Translations under genes and position numbers: made by a program | The notes under the pieces: generated by a model | Seen by the model: only the letters and a program-made list of their open reading frames with translations | Databases searched by the model: none | What the model was told of the DNA's origin: nothing | DNA from: Alphaproteobacteria bacterium | GTDB taxonomy: Bacteria; Pseudomonadota; Alphaproteobacteria; MPNO01; UBA830 | Reading direction: 5' to 3' | Assembly (NCBI GenBank): GCA_965243135.1 | Contig: OZ251539.1 | Coordinates: 1,568,001 to 1,632,000 of the forward strand | DNA length: 64,000 nucleotides | Shown here: positions 19,501 to 28,076 of the stretch, one piece after another | Layout: the number at the start of each line of letters is the position of its first letter | How positions within the stretch are numbered: the first letter of the stretch is position 1

Positions 19501-19802
19501 TTTCCGAGACCGAAAAACGTAGAATTAATGCGCTTCCAGCGATGATTTATCATGGCGTTAAAACTGAAGATGCGGTGTTGATGAGGATGAATTCCGCGCC
19601 GAGAAGCATAGCCGAATCTCTTGGTGGTTTATACCGGGAAATCAATCATGAAAACGAGGCAAGATACTCGGTGAGCGAGGCACGAAGTTTCCTCAAGACA
19701 CTCGATGCCCGCGATTGGGATCACGCACGGCCTGAAGATGCTGCTTTGTCGGGGACTGAGTACAAGCAGATTTGGGAGCTTCTTTCGGGGGATACAAGAT
19801 GA
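16530..19802 (+). CDS. Ski2-like SF2 DEAH helicase (HamB-like), 1090 aa
   Basis: Q-motif LLPPQ, PTSGGKT, PTRTL, TPEK, DEAH, GVGVHHAGL, ATSTIAQGIDYP, NLAGRAGR; about 300-aa N-terminal extension. Confidence 0.92.
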   Translation: MSLSNAGLDALNKHWAVAAIGAEELARAANLVNERLARRALGKQISFAFEDDPEDEPFLERVALAYELAAIEGLDELSRPAGENALLRQQAAAASFRAFDIRRLLSIPVHTDERLFFVLQLSAVAYCGDRWSDLRRWFKEQKAVQKAPSVADVPWDRRLLYRLFDCWSRLFRKDGWDDLDRIREIIAGLRNDQTNYEEDRLRNGSETLDRAIALRLAALYNWAKATEILANYMLHGEPVNPFGNLDKHFESGIKAAAASCDAQHEVVLRWLHASARIMITNSLWWATRTVNSRTSEFVRSLTRRQHKAMFELLPPQRAALLEQGLLDQAKTAIVIDMPTSGGKTLLAQFRMLQALNQFRAENGWVVYVTPTRTLSAQITRRLRKDFEPIGLRVEQLTAAVEVDAFEERLLTDEMHPFDILVATPEKLSLVIRNKKVDRPLALVVMDEAHNIESEGRGLRIEFLLATVKQDCSQANFLLLMPYVEQSDSVARWLAHDVNSGRAISLSTVPWKPNERIIGLYKVTADDSERAGWRLNFETLTATEKAMPLHGIHCVDGVKPLNVPKSRVLGKGEQRGRWLQTAAIGAVMSARGGTSITVANKISTVWKMASEAARSFSKLENADIRLVQNFLRTEISPDFELIGMLEKGVGVHHAGLSDDVRALMEWLAETGKLRLLCATSTIAQGIDYPVSSVFLSSRFVPRGRRSVEITSREFWNLAGRAGRLDHDSVGVVGLCEGSDRDALIEFVSRSTGALVSRLVVLLDELASQGELANLSQVLWKDQWEDFRCYIAHLWAEKKNLDAVLADSEQLLRQTYGYTSMRNNPAEREKADALLRATKSYAENLAGMSEGIVDLADSTGFSPEGVTKAMRGLRNLETKLETSDWAPESLFGNGGKIADLFGVMLQVPQLKALGELHHLGSDGTRISDIARDWVNGKSIQTIARDYFSGDQDDELSTTALTDACRAIYRTIVNNGTWGVSALCRVSGIDFDTLSETEKRRINALPAMIYHGVKTEDAVLMRMNSAPRSIAESLGGLYREINHENEARYSVSEARSFLKTLDARDWDHARPEDAALSGTEYKQIWELLSGDTR

Positions 19803-19984
19803 CGTTTGAATGTCTGGGATACGCCGGCCATTTACCCATCCCGCAATACCAAAACGGGACGACGTGCCGTTCGGTTCGGAAGCTCCCGCAATTTTCGGAG
19901 CGATGACTTCGGCTAGGCGGTTACGTGAAAGGAATCCTGCCAATTGGATTCGACAGGAAGGCGAGAAACATCTGGAGGTTTGAA

Positions 19985-20698
19985 ATGACGGATTTGTTCG
20001 AAGGCACGCAGGATCTGGAGGATATTCAGATCATTTACGAAACGATGGAAAAAAATTGCCCGAATCCGTTCTCGAAATCGAAGAGGCTTTGGGAGTTGAG
20101 ACGCGCATGCTGCATAAGCGACCACAATGCGTCTGCGGAAACGATGATCGAAAAATCCGTAGTCAATCTAGCGGATAACGAACACATGGAAGGATGGTTC
20201 AATCAATGCCCCGCCGCTTCCGGAATGGGAGACTCTTCCAGAAACAGGCACACCAACGTCGATCTCGTTCATTGGGATGCTTCCGTTTCGAGAGCTCGCA
20301 TGGTTGAATTGAAAATGGGCAGCGATGATCCGCAAGCCGCGCTGCGGCAAATTCTTCGTTATGGCGCCGCGTATTTGTTTTGCCGTAAGAACAAGAAGAA
20401 GTTGCCGCTTGGTGAACGGCCCTTGATGCGAGCCCGTCATGTTTCTCTCGAAGTCGTCGCGCCTTGGGAATATTATCGGGATCACGGGACTAGCATCGAG
20501 CGGATGCGCGACTCCCTTTCGTTCGCCGATTCTGCAGAACTGTCGATGTCTCTGGGCGCGTTTGCGTTTCCAAGGAATTTCAAACCGCCGTTCAAGTGCG
20601 GACGGGAGGTGAAGGAAAAGTGCCGAACTGCCGATCTGACCGAGGAAGGCAGAACGATCAGGGACTCGTTTGAAAATTTGATTCCGATCTGGACGTAA
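19985..20698 (+). CDS. Uncharacterised PD-(D/E)XK-like nuclease
   Basis: GGAGG SD; ETMIEK...NVDLV...VELK...ALRQILRY (D, ExK and QxxxY pattern). Confidence 0.65.
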   Translation: MTDLFEGTQDLEDIQIIYETMEKNCPNPFSKSKRLWELRRACCISDHNASAETMIEKSVVNLADNEHMEGWFNQCPAASGMGDSSRNRHTNVDLVHWDASVSRARMVELKMGSDDPQAALRQILRYGAAYLFCRKNKKKLPLGERPLMRARHVSLEVVAPWEYYRDHGTSIERMRDSLSFADSAELSMSLGAFAFPRNFKPPFKCGREVKEKCRTADLTEEGRTIRDSFENLIPIWT

Positions 20699-20953
20699 CG
20701 ACTCTCGCAACGCAATTGCGTTCGGCTGAAGTTTGTCGGAATTCCTCGGTAGCGTAGGCTTGACGTTTCCGCGAATGCCGAAGGCGGCCGCATTTCAGGG
20801 ACGGAGAAGCGGCGCAGGGCGGTGCATCGGGCCGCGGCGAAGACGCGCTTCCGGACTTTTTTCGCGATCCGACTGCCGCGCCGGTGGACATGCGGCCGGA
20901 ATGACGGCTAATAATGGCCGGCCTCGGCGAACGGGGCGACAGGGGAGGAACCG

Positions 20954-22033
20954 GTGAGCGCATTCGCGACGCTGCACGAAATCGTCAAGGCCGCTCATCG
21001 CAACCTGTCGCCGGGCGCGTGGGACTATCTGATCGGCGGAGCGGACACCGAAACAGCGCTCCTCCGCAACCGCCTCGCGCTCGACAGCCTCGCCTTCCGG
21101 CCGCTGGTGCTCAAAGACGTGCGCCAAATCGATCTCGCGGCGACCGTTCACGGACAGCGCTCGCGCCTGCCGATCGTTCTCGCGCCCATGGGTTCGCTCG
21201 ACGCGCTCGATCCCGGCGGCGCCATGACCGTGGCGAAGGCCGCCGAGGAATTCGGCGTCGTCAGCTACCTGAGCTCGGTCACCCGGCCCGGCCTCGAGGA
21301 AATCGCGGCCGGGACCGCGCATCCCAAGGCGTTCCAGCTCTACGTCCGCGGCGACCGCGACTGGGTGGCCGGCATCGTCCGCAAGGCGGTCGACCGCGGC
21401 TACGTCCTCTTTTGCCTGACGGTCGACGTCGCGCTCTATTCGCGGCGGGAGCGGGACTTGATCAAGCGCTATCAGCCCCTCGGCCGCGCCCGCAACGACG
21501 AGGGATGGGAATTTCAGGCGGCGCTCGACTGGGATCTGGTCAAGTGGTTCAAGGATACCTGGGACGTTCCGCTCGCGCTGAAAGGCATCGCGACGGCCGA
21601 GGACGCCGCCCGCTGCGTCGAGAACGGAGTCGAGGTGGTCTACGTGTCCAATCATGGCGGGCGTCAACTCGACCACGGCCGCGGCACCATCGACGTCCTG
21701 CCGGAAGTGGTCAGGGAAACCGGCGGCCGCGCGGAAATCGTCGTCGACGGCGGATTCTGCCGCGGCGCCGACATCGTGAAGGCGCTTGCGCGCGGCGCCG
21801 ACGCCGTCGCCATAGGCAAGATTCAGGGGCTCGGCCTCGGCGCGGCGGGGCAGGCGGGCGTGGTCCGCGTGCTCGAACTGCTTGAGGCCGAAATGCAGAT
21901 CGTCATGGGCCTTCTCGGCCTCGATCGCCTCGAAAGCCTCTCGGAAGACTTTCTCGCGCCCGCGCAGCCCGTCGTTCCGCCCGGCGCGCTCAGCGCGTTC
22001 CCGTTTCTCAATCTGCCGGCGTCGGAGTATTGA
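20954..22033 (+). CDS. FMN-dependent alpha-hydroxy acid dehydrogenase/oxidase
   Basis: WDYL.GGA..E, LAPMG, FQLY, TVD, LKGI, SNHGGRQLD, DGG..RG.D..KALA.GA. Confidence 0.93.
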   Translation: MSAFATLHEIVKAAHRNLSPGAWDYLIGGADTETALLRNRLALDSLAFRPLVLKDVRQIDLAATVHGQRSRLPIVLAPMGSLDALDPGGAMTVAKAAEEFGVVSYLSSVTRPGLEEIAAGTAHPKAFQLYVRGDRDWVAGIVRKAVDRGYVLFCLTVDVALYSRRERDLIKRYQPLGRARNDEGWEFQAALDWDLVKWFKDTWDVPLALKGIATAEDAARCVENGVEVVYVSNHGGRQLDHGRGTIDVLPEVVRETGGRAEIVVDGGFCRGADIVKALARGADAVAIGKIQGLGLGAAGQAGVVRVLELLEAEMQIVMGLLGLDRLESLSEDFLAPAQPVVPPGALSAFPFLNLPASEY

Positions 22034-22034
22034 A

Positions 22035-23843
22035 ATGAACCACATCGGAAAGCTCGACCGCCCGGTGCCGGGCGACAACAAGCCCATGGAATGGATCAGC
22101 GACGTCGCGGCGGAGATGCTTCGCCGGATGGGAATCCGTTACGTGTCGCTGAATCCGGGGGCCAGCTACCGGGGCTTTCACGATTCCCTCGTCAACTACC
22201 TCGGCAACAGCGATCCCCAGATCCTGCTCTGCCTTCACGAGGACCACGCCGTGTCGATCGCCCACGGCTACGCCTCGGTTCTCGACGAACCCATGGGCGT
22301 CGTGCTGCATTCGAACGTCGGACTGATGCACGGGCTGATGGGCGTCTTCAACGCCTGGTGCGACCGTGCGCCGGTTCTGGTGATGGGCGCGACGGGGCCT
22401 GTCGACGCGCCGTTGCGCCGGCCCTGGATCGACTGGATTCACACGGCCAAGGATCAGGGCGCGCTGCTTCGCAATTTCGTGAAGTACGACGACGAGCCGC
22501 GTTCGGCCGAAGCCATCGTGGAGACCATGCTGCGCGCGAATCTCCTGGCGCGCCAGGCCCCGCAAGGTCCGGTCTACGTCTGTTTCGACGCCGGCTTGCA
22601 GGAAACGCCGCTGAAGGACGGAGAGGTGACGATTCCGGACGTGAGCCGCTTCGCGCCGGCCGATCCGCCTCCGGCGCCGGCCCGCGCCGTGGCGGAAACC
22701 GCCGGGCTGTTGGCCAGCGCCCGCAACCCCGTGCTGCTGTTCGGCCGCATGGGTGCCGGGCTCGATGACTGGAACCGCCGCGTGAAGCTCGCGGAACGCG
22801 TCGGTGCGGGCGTGATCACCGACCTCAAGAACCGGGCGGTTTTTCCGACCGAACACGCGCTTCACGTCGGCGCGCCGTCGAACTGGATCGGCCCGTTCGG
22901 CCAGGAGGAATTGATGGCGGCCGACGTCGTCGTCGCCTTCGACTGGGTCGATCTCGCGGGCTCCTTCAAACCGCTGGCGCCGCGCGGGGGCGTGCCGGGC
23001 AGGATCGTCAACTGCACGCTCGATTCGTACCTCCACAACGGCTGGAGCGCCGATCACTTCGGCCTTTCCGCGGCCGACGTTCCGGTGCTCGCTGATCCGG
23101 ACGTTTTTGTCGGCCAGCTTCTCGGGGAGTTGGAAGGGCGACTCGGCGGCGAGTCGCGTTGGGACGGCGCCGCCAAGCCGAAACCGTCCGCGGAGGAGGG
23201 CGGAGCGTCCGGCGACCGGATCGCGCCCCGGGACATTGCGAACGCGCTCAAGGCCGCCCGCGGCGAACGCGAGATCACCCTGACGCGAGTGCCGCTCGGC
23301 TGGGCCTCGGACGCCTGGCACTTCGCGCACCCGCTCGACTACCTCGGCAACGACGGCGGCGGCGGCCTGGCCTCCGGTCCCGGCAACGCGATTGGCGCCG
23401 GCCTCGCCCTGCTGGAAAGCGAACGCGCCGTGGTGGCGATACTCGGAGACGGGGATTTCATGCAGGGCGGGTCGGCGCTGTGGACGGCAGCCCGTTACCG
23501 GATACCGGTGCTGTTCGTCGTCTCCAACAACCGGTCGAACTTCAACGACGAGGTTCATCAGCAAGCCATGGCGACGCAGCGCGGCCGTCCCGTCGAGAAT
23601 CGCTGGATCGGGCAGCGCATCGACGAGCCGGCCATCGATCTGGCCGCCTACGCCAGGGCGCAGGGCCTCGACGCGGTCGGGCCGGTCGAAAACCCGGACG
23701 AGTTGCGGGCCGCCCTCGAAGAAGGCTTGGCGGCCGTGGATTCGGGCCGGCCGTGCCTGGTCGACGTGGTGGTCCAGCCGGGCTATTCTTCACCGATGGT
23801 GACGCGCGCGAGCGGCGAGGCGTCCACCGGCGGCGCGGACTGA
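22035..23843 (+). CDS. ThDP-dependent enzyme (decarboxylase/AHAS-like family)
   Basis: NPGASYRG.HDS, LCLHE, GPVYV, GDGDF...NN ThDP-binding motif. Confidence 0.9.
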   Translation: MNHIGKLDRPVPGDNKPMEWISDVAAEMLRRMGIRYVSLNPGASYRGFHDSLVNYLGNSDPQILLCLHEDHAVSIAHGYASVLDEPMGVVLHSNVGLMHGLMGVFNAWCDRAPVLVMGATGPVDAPLRRPWIDWIHTAKDQGALLRNFVKYDDEPRSAEAIVETMLRANLLARQAPQGPVYVCFDAGLQETPLKDGEVTIPDVSRFAPADPPPAPARAVAETAGLLASARNPVLLFGRMGAGLDDWNRRVKLAERVGAGVITDLKNRAVFPTEHALHVGAPSNWIGPFGQEELMAADVVVAFDWVDLAGSFKPLAPRGGVPGRIVNCTLDSYLHNGWSADHFGLSAADVPVLADPDVFVGQLLGELEGRLGGESRWDGAAKPKPSAEEGGASGDRIAPRDIANALKAARGEREITLTRVPLGWASDAWHFAHPLDYLGNDGGGGLASGPGNAIGAGLALLESERAVVAILGDGDFMQGGSALWTAARYRIPVLFVVSNNRSNFNDEVHQQAMATQRGRPVENRWIGQRIDEPAIDLAAYARAQGLDAVGPVENPDELRAALEEGLAAVDSGRPCLVDVVVQPGYSSPMVTRASGEASTGGAD

Positions 23844-23859
23844 CGCCGGGAGCGGCCGA

Positions 23860-24666
23860 ATGGCGGAAATTCTCCAGGTTCGAAACGTATCGAAGACCTA
23901 CGACCCGGAAGGCGGCAGTCCGGTCAGGGCGCTGGACGGCGTCGACCTGAGCGTCGCGGAAGGGGAGTTCGTCGCCGTCATCGGACCTTCCGGCTGCGGC
24001 AAGTCGACGCTGTTCAACATCGTTGGCGGCCTGATCGCCGACTACGAAGGCTCCGTCCTGATCGAGGGCCGCCCCGTCGACGGCGCGCACAAGGACGTCG
24101 GGGTCGTCTTTCAGGAGGAATCCACCTTTCCTTGGCGAACCACCCTTGAGAATGTCGGCTTCCCGCTCGAGATCGAAGGCGTTCCCAGGGCCGAACGCGA
24201 CGCGACGGCGCGCCGCTTCCTCCGCCTCGTCGGCCTGGAAGGCTTCGAGAACCATTATCCGGCTCAGCTGTCGGGAGGAATGAAGCAACGCACGGCGGTC
24301 GCCCGCACGCTCGCCTACGAGCCGCGCATCATGCTGCTCGACGAGCCCTTCGGCGCGCTCGACGAGCAGACCCGCATGCTGCTCGGCGACAAGATGCTGG
24401 AAATATGGGCCGAACTGAAGCAGACCATGCTGCTGATCACCCACAACATCACCGAAGCGGTGCAACTGTCCGACCGCGTCGTGGTCATGACGTTCCGCCC
24501 GGGCGCGATCAAGGACATCGTCGAGATCGACCTGCCGCGCCCGCGCACTTCCGAGGTCATCTCGACCCCGGAGTTCGGCGCCTATGTCGGCAGGCTCTGG
24601 ACTTTGCTGCGCGAAGAAGCGTCGCGCGGCATGGTGGAGGCCGAAGCCGAGATCGCCGCGACCTGA
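23860..24666 (+). CDS. ABC transporter ATP-binding protein (NitT/TauT type)
   Basis: GPSGCGKST, LSGGMKQR, LLDEPFGALD, ITH. Confidence 0.95.
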   Translation: MAEILQVRNVSKTYDPEGGSPVRALDGVDLSVAEGEFVAVIGPSGCGKSTLFNIVGGLIADYEGSVLIEGRPVDGAHKDVGVVFQEESTFPWRTTLENVGFPLEIEGVPRAERDATARRFLRLVGLEGFENHYPAQLSGGMKQRTAVARTLAYEPRIMLLDEPFGALDEQTRMLLGDKMLEIWAELKQTMLLITHNITEAVQLSDRVVVMTFRPGAIKDIVEIDLPRPRTSEVISTPEFGAYVGRLWTLLREEASRGMVEAEAEIAAT

Positions 24667-24730
24667 CCGTTCGCTTGCGAACGAAAACTCGGCTAGACTT
24701 GACTGAAACCATGCGAACCGGAGGTTACGA

Positions 24731-25705
24731 ATGTCCAGAAAACTCAGATCGATCCTGATGGCGGCCGCTGGCGCGGCTTTCGTCGCGTCGCCGGCGCTTG
24801 CCGCCGACAAGGTGAGGCTCATCCTCAGCACCAAGGTCGTCTTCGAGATGGAGCACGGCTATTCCGCCATGGAGAACGGCGTCTACGACCGGTACGGTCT
24901 CGACGTGTCGATGATCCACGGATCGGGCGGGGCAGCGACGCTTCAGACAATCATCACCGGCAGCCAGGATATCGCGTTCGGCGTCGGTTTCCTGTCGGTG
25001 ATCGGGGCCTACTCGAAGGGCGCGCCTGTGCGCGTTCTCGGCAGCACCAAGCGCGGCGCCGGCGATCTCTACTGGTACGTCAAGACCGACAGCAAGATCA
25101 TGAAGCTTGCGGATCTCGGCGCCGAAGACGGTCTCGCCTATTCGCGTCCCGGTTCGACGACCCACCTCGCGACGCTGTTCCTCAAGGATTCCTTCAATCT
25201 CAAGGCCAAGCTGGTGTCCACAGGCGGGCCGTCGGGTTCGCGCACCCAGTTGATGTCCGACCAGGTCGCCACCGGCTGGTCGGTGTTTCCGCTGAACGCC
25301 AACCTGCTCCGCGAAAAGAAGATCCGCATCGTCGGTACCGGTTCGCAGGCGGAGGGGCTCGAAGGCCTGACGATCCGCGTCATCGCAGCGAACTCCAACT
25401 GGCTCGACAAGAACCGCGACGTGGCGCGGCGCATGATCGCGGCGCTGACCGAAGGCCAGCAGATCTCGTACTACAGCGACAAGCAATTGCGCGCCTATGC
25501 CAAGCGCTGGAAGCTGAACTACGAAGATGTGAAGGACGTGGCCAAGTTTACGCCTCTCGACGAAGCGACCTACCTGCCGATCGGCAGGATGGACGACGTC
25601 AACGACATGGCCCTGAAGTTCAAGCGAATCAAGAAGCTCCTGACGAAGGAACAGTTGCACGAGCTCATTCATCCGCTGGGCAACAAGCCGGCTCCGCTCG
25701 GCTAA
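24731..25705 (+). CDS. ABC transporter substrate-binding protein (NitT/TauT, NMT1-like)
   Basis: Signal peptide (ALA-AD), GLDV, SRPGSTTH; operon context. Confidence 0.88.
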   Translation: MSRKLRSILMAAAGAAFVASPALAADKVRLILSTKVVFEMEHGYSAMENGVYDRYGLDVSMIHGSGGAATLQTIITGSQDIAFGVGFLSVIGAYSKGAPVRVLGSTKRGAGDLYWYVKTDSKIMKLADLGAEDGLAYSRPGSTTHLATLFLKDSFNLKAKLVSTGGPSGSRTQLMSDQVATGWSVFPLNANLLREKKIRIVGTGSQAEGLEGLTIRVIAANSNWLDKNRDVARRMIAALTEGQQISYYSDKQLRAYAKRWKLNYEDVKDVAKFTPLDEATYLPIGRMDDVNDMALKFKRIKKLLTKEQLHELIHPLGNKPAPLG

Positions 25706-25723
25706 CAGGAGTCGTCGCCCGGA

Positions 25724-26476
25724 ATGGGCAAGTCGTTCCGGTCGCCGGTCCTTGCCGGCCTGCTCGGGCTGCTGACGCTCGCCCTGACGCTCGAGCTGGC
25801 CGTCTCGTCCGGCCTGATCATGGAGCTGGTCGTGCCGCGGCCGTCGGACGCGGTTCTGGCGTTCCCTCCGGTCCAGGAGGAAATGGACCTGTTCGGCAAT
25901 TTCCTCGTCACGATGGGCATGACGGCGGCGGCGACCGCGATCGCGATCGCGGTCGCCGTGCCGTTCGGCTACTTCCTCTACCGCAACGCGCGATACGGAA
26001 TCGCCTACGAAGGCTGGCTGGCGGCTGCCTTCGCCGCGCCGACGGTTCTGCTCTATCCGCTGTTTCTCGTGATCTTCGGACGCACCCACGCGACCCTGAT
26101 TGCAATGGGGTTCATCCCGGGCGCGATCCCGATCGCCATTCAGACCCGCCAAGGCCTGCTGGGCGTGCCTGCGACGCTCCTCAACGTGGGCCGCAGCTTC
26201 AACGTTTCCGATCGCGAGATGTTCTGGAAGATCCAGTTGCCGAGCGCGGTGCCGACGATCTTCACGGGCATCCGGATCGGCGTGATGTACACGCTCGTCA
26301 ATATCGTCGCTATCGAATACCTCACCGATTTCGGCGGCCTCGGGCGCATCGTCTCGGAGATGTATTTTCGCTTCGACACGCCCGGCACCTACGCGAGCAT
26401 CCTTGCGGTTATCTTGGTGAGCATCTTCTTCTACTGGGGCTTTTCGAGGATGGAAAAATGGCTCAGACCAGCTTAG
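25724..26476 (+). CDS. ABC transporter permease
   Basis: Hydrophobic; EAA-like loop, LPSAVPTIFTGIR, E...GGLG. Confidence 0.9.
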   Translation: MGKSFRSPVLAGLLGLLTLALTLELAVSSGLIMELVVPRPSDAVLAFPPVQEEMDLFGNFLVTMGMTAAATAIAIAVAVPFGYFLYRNARYGIAYEGWLAAAFAAPTVLLYPLFLVIFGRTHATLIAMGFIPGAIPIAIQTRQGLLGVPATLLNVGRSFNVSDREMFWKIQLPSAVPTIFTGIRIGVMYTLVNIVAIEYLTDFGGLGRIVSEMYFRFDTPGTYASILAVILVSIFFYWGFSRMEKWLRPA

Positions 26477-27318
26477 CAACGCTCGTCGCGTCGGCGAACG
26501 AGCCCTCTGTCGGCCGTATCAGATTGCTGACGCTCTTCGGCCTCGTCGCCGCATGGGAAGCGTTCGCGACCCTCGGCACCGTCGGCATTTTCTACGAGGA
26601 CGTGATCCCCCACATCTGGACGATCGCCATTGCGGTTGTCGAGGAGCTTGTCTCGGCAAGCTTCTACCGCGACCTCGGGATTACCTTCGCCGAGCATATC
26701 GTGGGTTTCGTCGTCGGCTCGCTGATCGCGATTTCTCTCGGCATCTGGATGGGGTCCAGCAAAATGCTGCGCGGCGCGCTGGAACCTTATCTCAACGCCA
26801 TCGGCTCGACGCCCAAGATCGTCTTCCTGCCGATCCTGTTCCTGATGTTCGGAACCGGCATCGAGTCCAAGATGGCGAAAGGCGCGTTGTCGGCCTTCTT
26901 CCCGGTGGTCTTCACGACGACTCTCGGCATGCTTCTGATCAATCCGGTGCTCATCCGCGTCGGCAGGAGCTTCAACCTCAACGCCTGGCAGATGATCGCC
27001 AAGATCTACATGCCCGCGATGCTGAACCCGATCATTACCGGATTGCGCCTCGGAGTGGCCATCACCGTGATCGGCGTGCTGGTCGCCGAGCTCAAGTTCG
27101 CCGACGGCGGACTGGGCTATCGCCTCGGCGTCTACTACGAACAGTTCAGCATCGCGCCGATGTACGCGATCATCCTGATCATTTTCGCGCTCGCCGCCGT
27201 CGCCAACTCCGGGATGACGGAGCTGCAGAACCGGGTGAACCGTCACGCCGCTCCGGCGTCGACGAAGCGCGGCAAGGCCTCCGCCGCCGGCGGGCTCGGC
27301 CTCGTCGCCACCAACTAG
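26458..27318 (+). CDS. ABC transporter permease
   Basis: PKIVFLP, IITGLRLG, AEL...GGLG. Confidence 0.9.
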   Translation: MAQTSLATLVASANEPSVGRIRLLTLFGLVAAWEAFATLGTVGIFYEDVIPHIWTIAIAVVEELVSASFYRDLGITFAEHIVGFVVGSLIAISLGIWMGSSKMLRGALEPYLNAIGSTPKIVFLPILFLMFGTGIESKMAKGALSAFFPVVFTTTLGMLLINPVLIRVGRSFNLNAWQMIAKIYMPAMLNPIITGLRLGVAITVIGVLVAELKFADGGLGYRLGVYYEQFSIAPMYAIILIIFALAAVANSGMTELQNRVNRHAAPASTKRGKASAAGGLGLVATN

Positions 27319-27331
27319 TCGGGAGAAACGC

Positions 27332-27700
27332 ATGGCAAGGGAACTCTTCGTCGCCAGCTCGGCCGACCTGCCGGACGGCGAACGCAAGATCGTGCCCAAC
27401 GGCAATTACGAGATTGGCGTCTACCGCGTCAACGGCGCCCTCTACGCCTACCGGAACGTATGCCCGCACCAGGGCGGGCCGGCCTGCGAGGGCCTCCTGA
27501 TGGCGAAGGTCGAGGAAGTCATCGCGGAGGACAAGACGTACCAGGGCATGAGATTCAATCACGACGAGATGCACATCGTCTGCCCTTGGCACGGCTGGGA
27601 GTTCGATCTCGCCACCGGAGACATGGTGGCGGACCGCAAGTTCCGGCTGAAGAGGCACGAGGTGGTCGAAAGGGACGACGCGATCTATGTCGTCGCCTGA
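27332..27700 (+). CDS. Rieske [2Fe-2S] ferredoxin
   Basis: CPHQGG and CPWHGWEFD ligand motifs. Confidence 0.93.
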   Translation: MARELFVASSADLPDGERKIVPNGNYEIGVYRVNGALYAYRNVCPHQGGPACEGLLMAKVEEVIAEDKTYQGMRFNHDEMHIVCPWHGWEFDLATGDMVADRKFRLKRHEVVERDDAIYVVA

Positions 27701-28046
27701 GAGCCCCTCTCCGTTCCATGGCCGGGCGACGGCGCGCGTGGCGCAGGAAATCGGCAATCCGCTGGCCGATCCCGGCGAGGAGACCGGAAAGCTGAAGGAG
27801 CTCGCGCGGCGTATCGTCGACTTGCCGGACGGGGAGGCGCCGTCGCAGGAGATGATCGCCGAAGGACTGACCGCGCTCACCAAGCTCTACACGGTGCGTT
27901 ACCAGCAGGGCGAACGCTGGGAACCCTTCACGCACGGACGGACGATGCCCGTCACGTCGGCCATGATCATGACCACTGCGATGCTTCAGTCGGTCAATAT
28001 CGAGCTGTTCGAGCTCGGCATGTGGCAGGCCTGGTCGGGCGGCTGA
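27687..28046 (+). CDS. Small hypothetical protein
   Basis: Overlaps the Rieske stop; host-like codon usage; ends NIELFELGMWQAWSG. Confidence 0.7.
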   Translation: MSSPESPSPFHGRATARVAQEIGNPLADPGEETGKLKELARRIVDLPDGEAPSQEMIAEGLTALTKLYTVRYQQGERWEPFTHGRTMPVTSAMIMTTAMLQSVNIELFELGMWQAWSGG

Positions 28047-28076
28047 GGCCGCAGGCCGGCAGGGGAGGGAAGAGAA

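Larger units (their letters stand above)
15500..20750. other. AT-richer horizontally acquired defence island (boundaries approximate)
   Basis: Abrupt visible rise in A/T and in A/T-ending codons relative to the flanks; encodes nucleases and a helicase; no integrase seen. Confidence 0.75.
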
